Assembly (NCBI RefSeq): GCF_963921235.1
Contig: NC_086109.1
Coordinates: 36,458,001-36,522,000, forward strand
Length of the DNA: 64,000 bases
Reading direction: 5' to 3'
Source of the DNA: Mobula hypostoma
Taxonomy: Eukaryota
Shown here piece after piece: positions 1 to 12,602 of the stretch. Numbering within the stretch: position 1 is the stretch's first letter; each line of letters starts with the position of its first letter. Under the pieces are notes generated by a model, which was not told the origin of the DNA, ran no database searches, and saw only the letters and a program-made list of their open reading frames with translations. Both the position numbers and the translations under genes were made by a program.

Positions 1-522
1 AACCTTAATTAATTTTAAGAAAATTCACTTTATTTTATCCAATTGTATTTTACTTTCATTGTGTGAACTGGAAAACAGACTATTTTGGTGTCTCTCTCAG
101 ATGTTTTTGTATATGCTAGGATAAAAGAAATTCCATATACGTAAACTACTTTGTCACAGAAAATATGCAGCATAATAAGTAATATGAACCCAATGAACTT
201 TAGCAATTATCATTGGAAATTACAATCAATATTAATTAAGAAGTAAATAAATCTATGTTGTTTATCTATACTTAATTGTTTTAAAACAACCCTTGAGTAA
301 CCCTTAACCCTTTGTTTTTTGTTTAAAGAAGTAGCCACTGAAATGACTCAGCACATTCAAAATATATTTTGATCCTGCCATGGCAAATATGGGGAAAATT
401 TAATTCAAAAGCATTTCCCCTGTGAGGGTATGGAATTGCTTTGGAGCTTCACATGGAAATCTGATGATAGGACTGAAATTTGCAATTTCATTTTGGTTGA
501 ACTAATTCATTTTGATTCTCAG

Positions 523-552
523 GTTCTAGGACTCTTTTTCAACGCATTAGAT
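523..552 (+). other. Candidate 30-nt coding exon of an unidentified host gene
   Basis: Branch-like ACTAAT at 501, acceptor tttgattctcag (AG 521-522), donor gtgagg at 553. Phase-1 frame reads (x)SRTLFQRIR. Splice motifs only; no homology recognised. Confidence 0.2.
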
Positions 553-861
553 GTGAGGCACACAAAGTGATTTCAGATATATTAAACTGGACAGTATACA
601 AATGCAAATTCGAGCCTTTAAAGGTTAGTGCCAATCACAGAGCAATAGACACAGTCAGATCTAATACTGCCTCTCTGTTGTTACAGCTGGGTTCTGTCAT
701 GAGGATGTGGCAAGACGTTCCTTCCCTCAGCTATAGGGAAAGAAACTTTCAGCTATCACCACATATGCATAGATAGATGTGGCTAAATAACAGAGATTTG
801 TAAAGTATTTTACCAGGGAGATGTAATGTAGGAAATTGTTTAATGGACTAATCAAAAAGCT

Positions 862-1270
862 GGTTATTGACTTCAGGGAGCAGATGCAGTATCAACGGCA
901 CCAAGATGGGCATGGTTAAGAGCTTCAAGTCCCTAGGTGTAAACATCAACAATTTGTTTTGGTATAGTCACATGGGTGTTATGGCCAAGAAAGCAACCAG
1001 CGCCTCTACTTCCTCAGAAAGTAAAGCAAGTCCCCAATCATTCCCACCAATTTTTACAGAGGCATTGCACTAAACATTCTATCTCAATAAATAACAGCTT
1101 GGTAGTGCAACTGCTCTTCCCAAGACCACAATGATACTCCAGAGAATTGTGACTATAGCCCAATCCATCACTGAAAACACTGAAAACAGTCAGCTCTCTA
1201 TTCTCTTTCTCAACTTGCTGCTATCTCTGGATAGCAGTCAGCATAATTAAGGGCCCCTCCCAACCTAATC
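862..1270 (+). mobile_element. Degraded Rex1/Babar-type LINE RT C-terminal fragment
   Basis: VIDFR...VKSFKSLGV-like translation, resembling the better preserved copy at 9485-9868 (LIVDFRK...VSSFKFLG). Many stops; ends approximate. Confidence 0.55.
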
Positions 1271-4200
1271 ATGACTTAATTCAGTCTCTACTAATATTTA
1301 TAATTATATGAAAATGTTTTATAATTGTTTCAGCAGTCATACATTCTTTATTCCTTCAAAATCCTTAAAGATAGTGATGTCTCATTTAACTGTTGATAAT
1401 TATAAAAAGATTAAATATATACCTAAGAGGGAACTCTGGAGGGCAAAGAGAGAGAGCAGAGGATAGATCTGGCAGGTAAGGTTAAGGAAACTCTCAGGAG
1501 GTTCTGTAGTTATATTAAAAGTAAAAGGATAGCTAGGGAGAGAGTAGGTCATCGTGGAGTTCAACAGGGTGGCCTGTGTCATGAGATGGGTGGGATTTTT
1601 AATGATGCCGATATTTTATGAAATACACCTGATGGCCCTTGTTCTGATCCTGACCCTTTGAAATCCTCCAATGCACATCCATTTTTGAATATTTTCCAAA
1701 GGGAACTCAGATATCCAACTGCAAAACATGACTGGACAATAACAAGTTCAATTACACATCTCATCTGCTGTTCTGCCCTGCCTGTCTCCCTAAGGGAAAC
1801 AAAGATACTCAAAATAAATTTGGAATAAACTTGATCTGAAATCACAGATATCTTACAGCAGCTTACTGAAGGTACTATTAGCATGATCTGAATAACTCTT
1901 TATCCAATTGTGAAATCCTGACTTCCCCAACTAAACTTTCAATGAGCCAAAGAACCTTTATTAGGCCTGACAGTGGATGCATTTGAGCTGGGTTATGCCC
2001 CACTTCTAAGAATCAATACTGTTTGTATTCCATCTTTTCCACTCTACCTATTCCTGTTGAAATTCCCACCCTGTGTACTCAATGACTATTCTCCACCTCA
2101 TTACACTCTGAGCAGAAATTCTGGAGAATTTCTGCTTCAGGCTTCATCACAGCTTCATACTTTTGTAATTTGAGTTTACCTTGTTCTTCTCCTTGCTCAT
2201 TTGAAAGTGAAAACCAGAAATTTCTGGAAACTTCATCTGACCGATATAAAACACATTTTATTTGTATGTTTAATTACACACGGCATGTTAAGATTCTGTT
2301 TTTAAGGGGAATCATTGTCACACGCTCACACTTGGATATTTTCAAAATCAGTAGCTGAATTACTGAACTCATTGACTCATTGTATTCAGTGAGAGGCAAT
2401 TACAGTTTCTGGAAATCCATTTCAATCCCTAATTGGACTGTAGAGGTCCCTAGGGTAGCTCAGCAAGTTGAAAGGAAAAGGATATGAATAATGTATCTTT
2501 TTTTCATCTTTTTGATCATATTACTGATCTTGCATTTGATTACAGTATGGAAAAACCACACTCAATTTCAGGTCAACTCTCTTTCTGGTGTGCACTGCTC
2601 CCAGTCCAGGTTTAGGAGACTTCTTACACCTAGGTGATCCAAATCACCCACAGGAATAGGACAAATTACTCAATATTTTTGTCTTAAAATATATATTAGC
2701 TTTATAGTGGTAGGTCTATGGAACACAATGGGAGGGGAAGGTGGTAGGATAGCACTGCTTGAGAAACATTTAGACAGTCACATGACTGGAAGGAAATGAA
2801 GGAATATAGAATATGTCCAAGCCGACGGGATTAGTTAGAATGTGATTTTGGTTGGTGCAGTCATTGTAGGCCGATTGACCTGTTCCTATGCTGTACTGTT
2901 CAATGTTCCAAAAAAAGGCCTATGAGAGACCTTTAACTGCTCTTCCAACAGTTGCAGGATTGAACCTTTAGTTATACCTTTAGTTATAATTGAAGGATGC
3001 ATTTAATTGAAAGATTTGGTTTGCAAAACTATCTTTAAAATTAAAGCAGTTTGTTTTTAATTATATCCTTCAACATGTAATTGCATCTATTAACTTGAGT
3101 CCTTAATTTGTTTCTGTCCAAGCTTGTTCATCGATTTGAAATATTGTGATTAATGACTACAGTAAGAAACATGGGTTTTAGACTAAATGAATTTCAAAAT
3201 GGAGAATTCCATGGACATTCATTTGGATTTAGTATAATTCTGGTGAAATGTATCTTTATCCTCTTTAGGCAGTTCCTTAGGATCAAAAATGACTTATTTC
3301 TACTCTTTGTGGGTTTTAAAGCCTGACATCCCACACATCCAGGTTCAATAGCAGCAACTCCCCTTCAACCTTTTGGTTCCTGAACCAGCTGGCACAATAT
3401 AGCAACACACTGCCTACTTTCACCAACTTGAATTGTATGCTTTTGTATCATTGTGTATAATTCTTGTTTAATATATATTTTTCTGGTGAGCTGTTTCTCT
3501 AAGGCTATGTGCTTGCAATGCTGCTGCAAATAGGTATTTCACTGCAGCTATGCCATGTGCCCAGGGAAATAAGCTCAAGTTTGACTCGAGTAGCTAACAA
3601 GATAATTGTGGGGACTACAGACTCTTTTGCAACTGAGATAGAAAGTACCTTGCAGGGTAGAAGAATGTGTATCTTGTGAAGCTGGACATCCTTCTGGCTG
3701 CTTCTAAAGAGCTTGTATGGTCTCCAGGTTTCTCAGTACTGTGCTGGACTCCTTCTCCATGTTGTAGCCAGAGACAGGATGTCAAGGATCCCATCAGGCT
3801 TTGGGAGGACACTCTGAATGAAAAGAGATGCTGGGAACAGAAAACACAATGGACAAAGGTCACAATATCGACACGTGATCAATTTAAGTATGCGAAAGGA
3901 GAATTCTGCTGTTACAGCATGTGAGCTAGGCCATTGTAACTTTTTCCAGCAAGAACTGTCCGGAGAGCAGAATAAATAAATGATGATGTTTGCAAAATTG
4001 TCATTCTGTGGACAAAATACCCTTGATGAATTATGAAACAAAGGCACACTTTACAATTAAAGAACTCGTTGGCTGATTAAAAAAAAATACATGCTCTTGT
4101 CTATAATATGTTATTTGTTAACTGTGATAGACAAAAAAAGCACTGATTGATCCCAGCTCTATGTTAAGGATGGAAACAAATAAAGAAAACTGATGTGAAT

Positions 4201-4782
4201 TGTTGTTCAGTCCTGGAATGATTAACAGCTTATATGATTAATAGCTTGGATGACGCACTTCAGAATCATAGGGGTCCAGGGCTGGGGTAAGAAGAAAGAA
4301 AACCTCTGGAAGAAAAACTATATAAATGAAGGGCTATCTGAGATGATGGTAGTGACAACCTGGGAATAACTATCAGAAGGAGGACTCTGAGTTTGGAACT
4401 TAGAGAGTGAACATGACTGATTTTATCTCTCAAGGGAAGTAGTTAAGTCTACGTTGAGAGTTATGTGATTTAACATTGCACATAATACGAGGGGTGATTG
4501 ATAAGTCCGTGGTCTAAGGTAGAAGGAGTTAATTTTAGAAAACTTAGCATATTTATTTTTCGTACATTTACACACTTAGTCTAGCAGTCGTGGAGCATAC
4601 AGATCCCTTCTTTGTATAAGTCGGCGTCTTGGACCTCCAGAAGTGGTCCACAGCAGGGGTGATTGATAAGTTTGTGGCCTACGGTAGAAGGAAATGAGAC
4701 ATTAACTTTAAACCTACTGCATTTTCACTCAAAGAGTTGAACTGCCCGTGCCTGTAATGAGAGCTGTATAACTCATCCCCTC

Positions 4783-5210
4783 AAACACAAGGAATTCTGC
4801 AGATGCTGGAAATTCAAGCAACACACATCAAAGTTGCTGGTGAATGCAGCAGCCCGGGCAGCATCTCTAGGAAGAGGTACAGTCGACGTTTCAGGCTGAG
4901 ACCCTTCGTCAGGACTAACTGATAGAAGAGCTAGTAAGAGATTTGAAAGTGGGAGGGGGAGGGGGAGATCCAAAATTTTAGGAGAAGACAGGAGGGGGAG
5001 GGATGGAGCCAAGAGCTGGACAGTTGATTGGGATATGGGAGGATCATGGGACAGGAGGCCCAGGGAGAAAGAAAGGGGGAGGGGGGAAGCCCAGAGGATG
5101 GGCAAGGGGTATAGTGAGAGGGACAGAGGGAGAAAAAGGAGAGAGAGAAAAGAATGTGTGTATATAAATAACGGATGAGGTATGAGGGGGAGGTGGGCAT
5201 TAGCAGAAGT
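4783..5210 (-). mobile_element. Penelope-like element 3' end / pseudo-LTR fragment
   Basis: Near-identical in antisense to 36790-37275, which directly follows a Penelope RT and GIY-YIG ORF. Confidence 0.85.
4880..4917 (-). ncRNA. Minimal type-I hammerhead ribozyme motif (PLE-associated)
   Basis: Minus strand AGTC-CTGACGA-AGGGTCTCAGCCT-GAAA-CGTC-GACTG: core CUGANGA, stem II, GAAA, palindromic ACGU helix III, GUC cleavage triplet, stem I AGUC/GACU. Confidence 0.75.
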
Positions 5211-5413
5211 CTCCTTCTACCTTAGGCCACGAACTTAGCAATCACCCCTGCTGTGGACCACTTCTACAAAGAAGGGATCTGTATACTCCACGACCGCTGG
5301 ACTAAGTGTGTAAATGTAGGAGGGGACTATGTTGAAAAATAAATGTGCTAGGTTTTCTAAAATTAACTGCTTCTACCTTAGGCCACAAACTTATCAATCA
5401 CCCCTCGTATGTT

Positions 5414-5698
5414 GGGGTGGCACGATAGCACAGTGGTTAGCACAAGTGTTTACAGTACCAGTGACCCGGGTTAATTTCCAGTAAGGAGTCTATACATTCT
5501 CCCTGTGATCATGTGGGCTTCCTCCAAGTGTTCCAATTTCCACCCACTGTCGAAAGATGTACCAGTTGTTCGGTTAATTGGTCATTGTAAATTGTCCCAT
5601 GATTAGGCTAGGGTTAAATTGAGCGATTGCTGGGCGGCTTGGATTGAAGAGCCGGAAAGGCCTATTCCACACTGTATCTCAATAAAATAATAAATAAG
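5414..5698 (+). mobile_element. tRNA-derived V-type SINE (HE1-like)
   Basis: tRNA-like head GGTGGCACGATAGCACAGTGGTTAGC, central ...TTCTCCCTGTGATCATGTGGGCTTCCTCC... V-like domain, CR1-like tail GGAAAGGCCTATTCCACACTGTATCTC, A-rich end. Confidence 0.75.
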
Positions 5699-6769
5699 AA
5701 GTGGATTAGTTAAATCAATGGTATGAATACACATTTAAGTAACTTGAGTGCTAACAAAGCTTAAGTTATATTAAACTATGTTTTAGAGTCTTTTTGTTCA
5801 ACCAGTCTGTTGATATCCTACAGAGGTTAAGTAAGCATGGGTCAGAGATCCCCAGGAACGTATGAGAATGAAACTTGGAGCACATGTTTGAATTGTTTTC
5901 TCTGTCCACATGACATGTTTTTTGCATGACAGTGTTCAAAATAGTACACAAATTTTCAGGAGTCTGGTGCTTGTCATGCAAGTAATGTTTTCTCCTCTTT
6001 GTGGTTAGATGAGTGCAATAAGGTTCTCAGTGCTGAGATGAAAGGATATCATCAAACTTAAGCATACTGTAAAAACTGCTATCAAAAGACAATACCAACA
6101 AAATTCAAATTTAGACACTGAATGGTAGGATTCATAGTTCTTGTCCTTAATCTTCCTTCATTTTTGATCATCTTACTCTTGCTTATACCATTCGACATCT
6201 TCCACTTCTTTGCACACTGGATTCAGGCTGTAGACATCTCTTTGTCCAGAAATACACAGTATTATTTTTCCAACAGTGTCTCCATGGCAGGGTTATGCAT
6301 TGGTTTTAAGCCGATCTTACCTAAAACTTGGAGTTCCATCAAGTCAACTCTGACTTTTGTTGCTCTTTTCTTCAACCTTAGTCATTCAGGTTTCCACACG
6401 GATGTCCTTGTAGGAGTATCTTCCCATTTGTGTCACCTCTGCTGGTGCCTTAATCAATGATGATCCATCACAGCTAATTTGAAAGGTTGCATCTGCATTA
6501 GATCTTACTGTCTCATGTGCAACTATTACCTTCAAACCTAGCTCCTTTTGTGTATCATTCTCCTTGAATAAACATGGATATGCCGTCCAAAGTATGGCTA
6601 TTCATAGACTGATCCCTGACCTTCATCTCTTGGCTCCTCTCCAAATCTGATACCATTGTTAGCATCATTCTCAAATTCAATAAATTTAACACTCTGAGAT
6701 ACCAAGCCAACAAAAAATTAGGAATTGCAATGCCTATGCACTCTTTGAAATCTCCTTGAAATTGGTCAG

Positions 6770-7745
6770 CACGATTTTTCATTATAGAAGTCAATAAAAT
6801 TTGCTGCAACTTCTGCAACTTCCACCATCTCCAGACTGATCCAACAACCAAACATGTCTTTACCTCCCACCTCTTTGCTTTTCACAGGGATTGCTCACTT
6901 CATGATCGCTTGCCCACTCGTCCCTCCCCACTAATCTCCCTCCCGACACTTATCCCTGCAAGTAGCTAAACTTACCTGCCCACTTACCTCCTCACTCACT
7001 CCATTCAGGGGCCCAATCCATCCTTCGAGGGGAGGCAACTCTTCACCTGCAAATCTGCCGGGGTCATCTATTGTGTCCGGTGATCCCAATGCAGCCTCCT
7101 CTACTTTAGTGAGACCCATCGACCTATCATAAATTGGGGGACTGCTTTGTTGAGCACCTCCACTCCATCTGCCAAAAATGAAACTTCCTGGTGGCCCAAC
7201 ATTTTACGTCCAATTCCCATTCCAATTCAGACTTGCTGGCCCATGGCCTCCTCTTGTGCTAAATTGAGGCCACCTAAGGGTGGAGGAACAACACCTTGTA
7301 TTCTGTCTGGGTAGCCTCCAAACTGATGGCATGAATATTGACGCTTCTGTCTGAATAAAAACTTTTCCCTCCCCGCCCCCTTTTCTTCTATCCTCACTCC
7401 AGCCTCTCATCTCTTCTCACCTGCCCATCACCACCTCTTGGATCATCTCCTCCTTCTCTTTCTGTTATGGTCCACTCTCCTCTCCTATTAGATTCCTTCA
7501 TCTCCAGTCTTTATTATACCAGCTCACCTGGGTTGCTAGACAGCTAGATCATCTATTACCGTCTAGCTATCCTCCTTCTCATCCACCCACTTTTTACTGA
7601 GGCGACTTCCCCATTCCTTTCCAGTCTTGAAGAAAGGTTTCAGCCTGAAAAATTGACTGTTCATTCATTTCCTTGCGTTCACTTACTGGCTCCCTCCAGC
7701 ATTTTGTGTGTGTTTCTTTGGATTTCCAGCATCTGCAAAATGTCT
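6770..7745 (+). mobile_element. Degraded Penelope-like element 3' part (GIY-YIG remnant plus pseudo-LTR)
   Basis: FTCKSAGVIYCVR..QCSLLYFSET is homologous to 36499-36570. Decayed hammerhead at about 7622-7659. Confidence 0.8.
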
Positions 7746-7825
7746 TGGTTTATGCTATGCTGCTATAATTCATTGGCTTGCCTTCCTTATCACCACATTT
7801 CCTTTCAACATAGGAGGCCATTTAG

Positions 7826-8345
7826 TGCACAGGGTCCATGCTGGTTCACTGTTAATCATTCTGTTTTACCCAGTTATTTATTTCCCTTAAGTCTCCTTCA
7901 ACTCACCCGTACTAGAAGTGATTCACAGACACCAGAATAAACCAACTGTCCAGCCTGTCTTTGGGATGTGGGGGCAACCTCTGCAAATCATGTTATCGGT
8001 ATTGTTGATTTGCTGTTTATTGATTACGATTATTTGTGATTTTTCATATTTGTACAGTTTGTCTTCTTTTGCACATTTGTTGTTTATCGGTCTTTCTGTG
8101 CAGTTTGTTTTATGAATCTATTGTATTTCTTGAATGTCTGCAAGAAAATTAATCTCAGATTGGTATACGGTGACATATAATACATTGATGATAAATTAAC
8201 TTTGAACGTTGGAATCAGAGAACCTGGGTGTAACCCATGTAATTACAGCGAGAGTGAGCAAAAAAACTTCAGACAGTAAGTAATGGAGGTCAAGTGCAAA
8301 CCCAAGTTCATTGAGATATTAAACCGCAGCAACAGATGTTGTGCC
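7826..8345 (-). mobile_element. Degraded V-type SINE split by a LINE 3' tail (about 7976-8210)
   Basis: Antisense SINE motifs (tctttgggatgtgggg...gaacctgggtgtaacccatg...aaccgc...gtgccac) flanking an AT-rich tail that ends taaattaactttgaac. Confidence 0.5.
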
Positions 8346-9026
8346 ACAGTTCTGCCTCCTTCTGTATACCTCTACTGTGTGCTTTCATCAATTTCACTCT
8401 GGTTACCAGGGCAGGTTGTTTATTTTTTTTTCTTGAGCAGTTACTTCTATACTCTTTCTCCAAAACAAATCAAATTCATCTTAACTTCCTATTTAAAAGC
8501 ATTGATCTTGCTCCTGTATAATCCCTTATTTTTTCCTCAGTAGGTGCAAAGCAGTCTTTTGATCTACCTCAGAGGAAAGTGGAATACATTTTCCCATTGT
8601 TCATTTTAAGGTATTGGGGACAATTCATCTGTTTATTATTTTTGCATATTTATAGTTGTTCCCTCAATCAATGTGATACTTTTATCCCTCTCTTCACTTA
8701 TAGAATAATTCCTCATTTCACTATGTCATATTCTCTTCTCTCTGGTGGGTCTATCCACGGCCGTGCCTATCAGATTCCAAGGTATATTGAGACCATCTTC
8801 TTCATTTGCCTTCAAACTTGAGCCTTTGACCAAGGAGGCCTAGAGTATAGTCGAGTACAAGCACAGCCAAGCTGCATGGGCATTCTTAGAATGAGTGTCT
8901 CCTGTTACGTGCTTGACTGCCCAGCCTCTTCTACAATCTGACCTACTGCTTTGCTACTTACCAAATGATAGCAAAAGATATGAAAAAAAACTTCTTATTG
9001 TGTTATTATCTCATACTATTATATAT

Positions 9027-10270
9027 CTGAATCAGAATCAGGTTTATTATCACCAGCATGTGTCGTGAAATTTGTTAACTTAGCAACAGCAGTTCAATGC
9101 AATACATAATGCAGAAGAAGAAGAAAAAAAAATAAATAAGGATATCAGTTACAATATATGTATATTTAATCGATTAAAAATCGTGCAAAAAACAGAAGTA
9201 ATATATATTATAAAAGTGAGGTATTGTTCACGGGGTCAACGCCCATTTAGGAATTGGATGGCAAAGGGGAAGAAGCTGTTCTTGAATCGCTGATTGTGTG
9301 CCTTCAGGCTTCTGTACCTCCTACCCAATGGTAACAGTGAGAAAAGGGCACGCCGTGGATGCTGAAGGTTCTTAATAATGGACGCTGCCTTTCTGTGACA
9401 CTGCTCCTTGAAGATGCCCTGGGTACTTTGTAAGCTAGTACCCAAGATGGAGCTGACTAGATTTACAACCTTCTGCAGCTTCTTTCAGTCCTGTGCAGTA
9501 GCCCCTCCATACCATACAGTGTTGCAGCCTGTGAGAATGCTCTCCATGGTACATCTATAGAAGCCTTGGAGTATTTTTGTTGACATACCAAATCTCTTCA
9601 TATTCCTAATGAAGTATAGTTGCTGTCTTGTCTTCTTTATAGCTGCACTGATATGCTGGGACCAGCTTAGGTTCTCAGAGATCTTGCCACCCAGAAATTT
9701 GAAGCTGCTCACTCTCTCCACTTCTGATCCCTCTATGAAGATTGTTATGTGTTCCATCGTCTTATTCTTTCTAAAGTCCACAATCAGCTCTTTCATCTTA
9801 CTAACGTTGAGTGCAAGGTTGTTACTGCGACACCACTCCACTAGTTGGCATATCTCACTCCCGCACATCCTCTCGTCTCCATCTCAGATTCTACCAACAA
9901 TGGTTATATCATCAGCAAATTTATAGATGGTATTTGAGTTATGTCTAGCCACACAGTCATGGGTGTAGAGAAAGTAGAGCAGTGGGCTAAGTACACAGCC
10001 CTGAGGTGCACCAATGTTGATCATCAGTGAGACAGAGATATTATCACCAATCTGCACAGATTGAGGACTTCCGGTTCAGAAGTCGAGGATCCAATTGTAG
10101 AGGGAGGTACAAAGGCCCAGGTTCTGTAACTTCTCAATTAGGATTGTAGAAATTATGGTGTCAAATGCTGAGCTATAGTTGATGAACTGCATCCAGACAT
10201 AGGTATTTCTATTGTCTAGGTGATATAAAGCCATGTGAAGAGCCATTGGGATTGCATCTGCAGTTGACCT
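9027..10270 (-). mobile_element. 5'-truncated Rex1/Babar-type LINE (RT C-half and 3' UTR)
   Basis: ORFs 9485-9868 (LVEWCRSNNLALNVSKMKELIVDFRK...SSFKFLG) and 9236-9445 (GRRYRSLKAHNQRFKNSFFP). PQGCVLSPLLYFLYTHD and YKFADD motifs at about 9910-10005. (CTGATT)n-like tail at about 9027-9041. Confidence 0.85.
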
Positions 10271-10502
10271 AGTAATGCTGAAGACTATGTTATTATGTCA
10301 TGCGCTTAGGACAAATTTTACAGTGGTGCTTGGAAGTTTATGAACCTTGTAGAATTTCCTCTATTTCTGCATAAATATGACCTAAAATGTGATCAGATCT
10401 TCACGTAAATCCTAAATCTAGATAAAGAGAACCCAATTAAATAAATAACACTAAAACATTATACCTGTTCATTTATTTATTGAGAAAAATTATACAATAT
10501 TA

Positions 10503-11042
10503 CTTTACTTCATTGTCGCCAAACAATTGTTACTAGAGCGTACAATCATCACAGCGATATTTGATTCTGTGCTTCGTGCTCCCTGGAGTACAAATCGATA
10601 ATAAATATTAATATTTTAAATTATAAATCATAAATAGAAAATACATAAGATAAAGTAAGGTAGTGCAAAAAAACAAGAGGCATGTCGGGATATTTGGAGG
10701 GTAGGCCCAGATCGGGGTCAGGATCCATTCAGCAGTCTTATCACAGTTGGAAAGAAGCTGTTTCCAAATCTGGCCATATGAGTCTTCAAGCTCCTGAGCC
10801 TTCTCCCGGAGGGAAAAGGGACAAAAAGTGTTTTGGCTGGGTGGCTTGTGTCCTTGATTATCCTGGCAGCACTGCTCCAACAGTGTGCGGTGTAAAGTGA
10901 GTCCAAGGACAGAAGGTTAGTTTGTGTGATGTGCTGGGCCGTGTTCACGATCTTCTGCAGCTTCTTCCGGTCTTGAACAGGACAACTTCCATACCAGGTT
11001 GTGATGCACCCTAGAAGAATGCTTTCTACAGTGCATCTATAA
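10503..11042 (-). mobile_element. Rex1/Babar-type LINE 3' fragment inserted in the left Tc1 TIR
   Basis: ORF 10718-10948 ends ...PSGRRLRSLKTHMARFGNSFFPTVIRLLN. 9-bp TSD ACAATATTA at 10494-10502 and 11043-11051. Confidence 0.88.
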
Positions 11043-11658
11043 ACAATATTAGATGTATTTGTTGAAAAAAGTATGTAAACCTCTGGGGTAATGCTTTCTA
11101 CAAAAGCTATTTGGAGTAAGGTGTTCCAATCAATGAAATGAGGTGGGAGATGTGGGTTGTAGAGGTGCTCTGCGTTATAAAGAAGACACGCAAAGTTAGG
11201 CTACTGACAGAGCCTGCTCATCTCAAGAAAGATCTGTTTATATGCACCATTCCTCAATCAAAACAATTTTCAGAGAACCTTAGAAGAAGAATTGTAGAGA
11301 TGTATGAAGCTGGAAAAAGCTATAAACTCATTTCTGAACAGCTAAGTTTTCTTCAGTCCACAGTAAGAGAAATTGTCTACAAATGAAGGAATATGCAGTA
11401 CTGTTGCTACTCTCCTTAAGAGAGGGTATTCTGCAAAGATCACACCAAGAGCACAAAGTGCTCTGAACGAAGTGAAAAAGTACCCAAGGGTAACAGCAAT
11501 AGACCTGCAGAAATCTTTAGAACTTGCTAAAGTCTCTGTTCATGTGTCCACCATAAGAAAAACACTGAACAAAAATGCTGATCATGGAGGGACACTGTGA
11601 AGGAAACCATTGCTGCACATCTCAGGTTTGCAAAAGACCACCTGAATATTCTACAATG

Positions 11659-12503
11659 TGTGACAAGAATACACATAGATTAAGATGTTAGCTGTCCTGT
11701 GTGATCAGCAGTTGGTCTGCCACCTGTCTTCAGGAGAGAGAGAGATAAGGAAAACAATGGAGCAGCATTGGGGATGTGTAATGAAGGGACGGGAGAGAGA
11801 GTAACAGAAGGAGGGAGCTGTCAAGAGCGGCTCCCCCTTTGAACCCTGAACTGTTTGAAATGATGGACAGGCGATACCCCAGCAGGGGGATAAAAAGGGA
11901 CAGGTTCGCTAAGGCAGGACACACACGACACCCAAGGTAACAAGACCCTGGAAGCGGTGCGTCTCTCACAAGTCGGTGGGAAGTACCGGGCCATAAACGC
12001 ACAGGGTGGAAAGGTATGATCGGCGGGAACCTGGAGTGCGTCCACCCTTGCCTGGGTGCCAGGTTCAGCGCAGGGAAACGATCGTGTCTGGAAACAGAGG
12101 GGTCACGGTCGGTGACCTCAGATGACATCACAAAGGACTCGCCCGAAAGCTGACTGCGAAGGTCTGTGTGGAAGCCTTAAATATTCATTCGTTTTTGCTC
12201 TCTCTCTCCTCCCCCCCACTGTCCATCGCCACGGCAGCGATTACTGCAAACTGAACTGAACTTTGCGTTACATTGAAACTGGTCATTTACCCCTAGACAA
12301 CGATAGAGCTTGATTGATCCTGTTATCTTAATTCTGTGTACATGAGTGTTTATCATTGCTGAACTGTTGCATTCATTATCCTTTTGATTAGAGTACTGTG
12401 TTGCTTGTTTCTTTAATAAAACTTTCTTAGTTCTAGTAATCCAGACTCCAACTGAGTGATCCATTTCTGCTGGTTTGGCAACCCAGTTACGGGGTACGTA
12501 ACA
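11659..12503 (+). repeat. 5' LTR (845 bp)
   Basis: Direct repeat of 15703-16553. TGTGAC...GTAACA ends; AATAAA at 12415. Confidence 0.95.
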
Positions 12504-12507
12504 TAAG

Positions 12508-12533
12508 TGGGGTTCTCGTCCGCGATTTTGAAC
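12508..12533 (+). promoter_or_regulatory. Primer-binding site, tRNA-Pro-like
   Basis: TGGGGTTCTCGTCCGCGATTTTGAAC lies 4 nt after the LTR and resembles the tRNA-Pro complement TGGGGGCTCGTCCGGGATTTGAAC. Confidence 0.75.
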
Positions 12534-12602
12534 GCTAAATTTGGGACGGAGTAAATTGATTGGGTCAAAATTCCGGAAAGAAAGAAAAGACAAACAGCAG
12601 AA

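Larger units (their letters stand above)
4488..5407. mobile_element. Non-autonomous Tc1/mariner MITE (palindromic), interrupted by a Penelope fragment
   Basis: TA at 4486-4487 and 5408-5409. TIR CGAGGGGTGATTGATAAG...CTTATCAATCACCCCTCG. The arms are inverted over most of their length, with a second internal TIR pair at about 4655 and 5250. Confidence 0.85.

Noticed and set aside
5414..5485. Possible tRNA gene
   Set aside because: The B box is degenerate, there is no complete cloverleaf, and it continues into a SINE body and tail.
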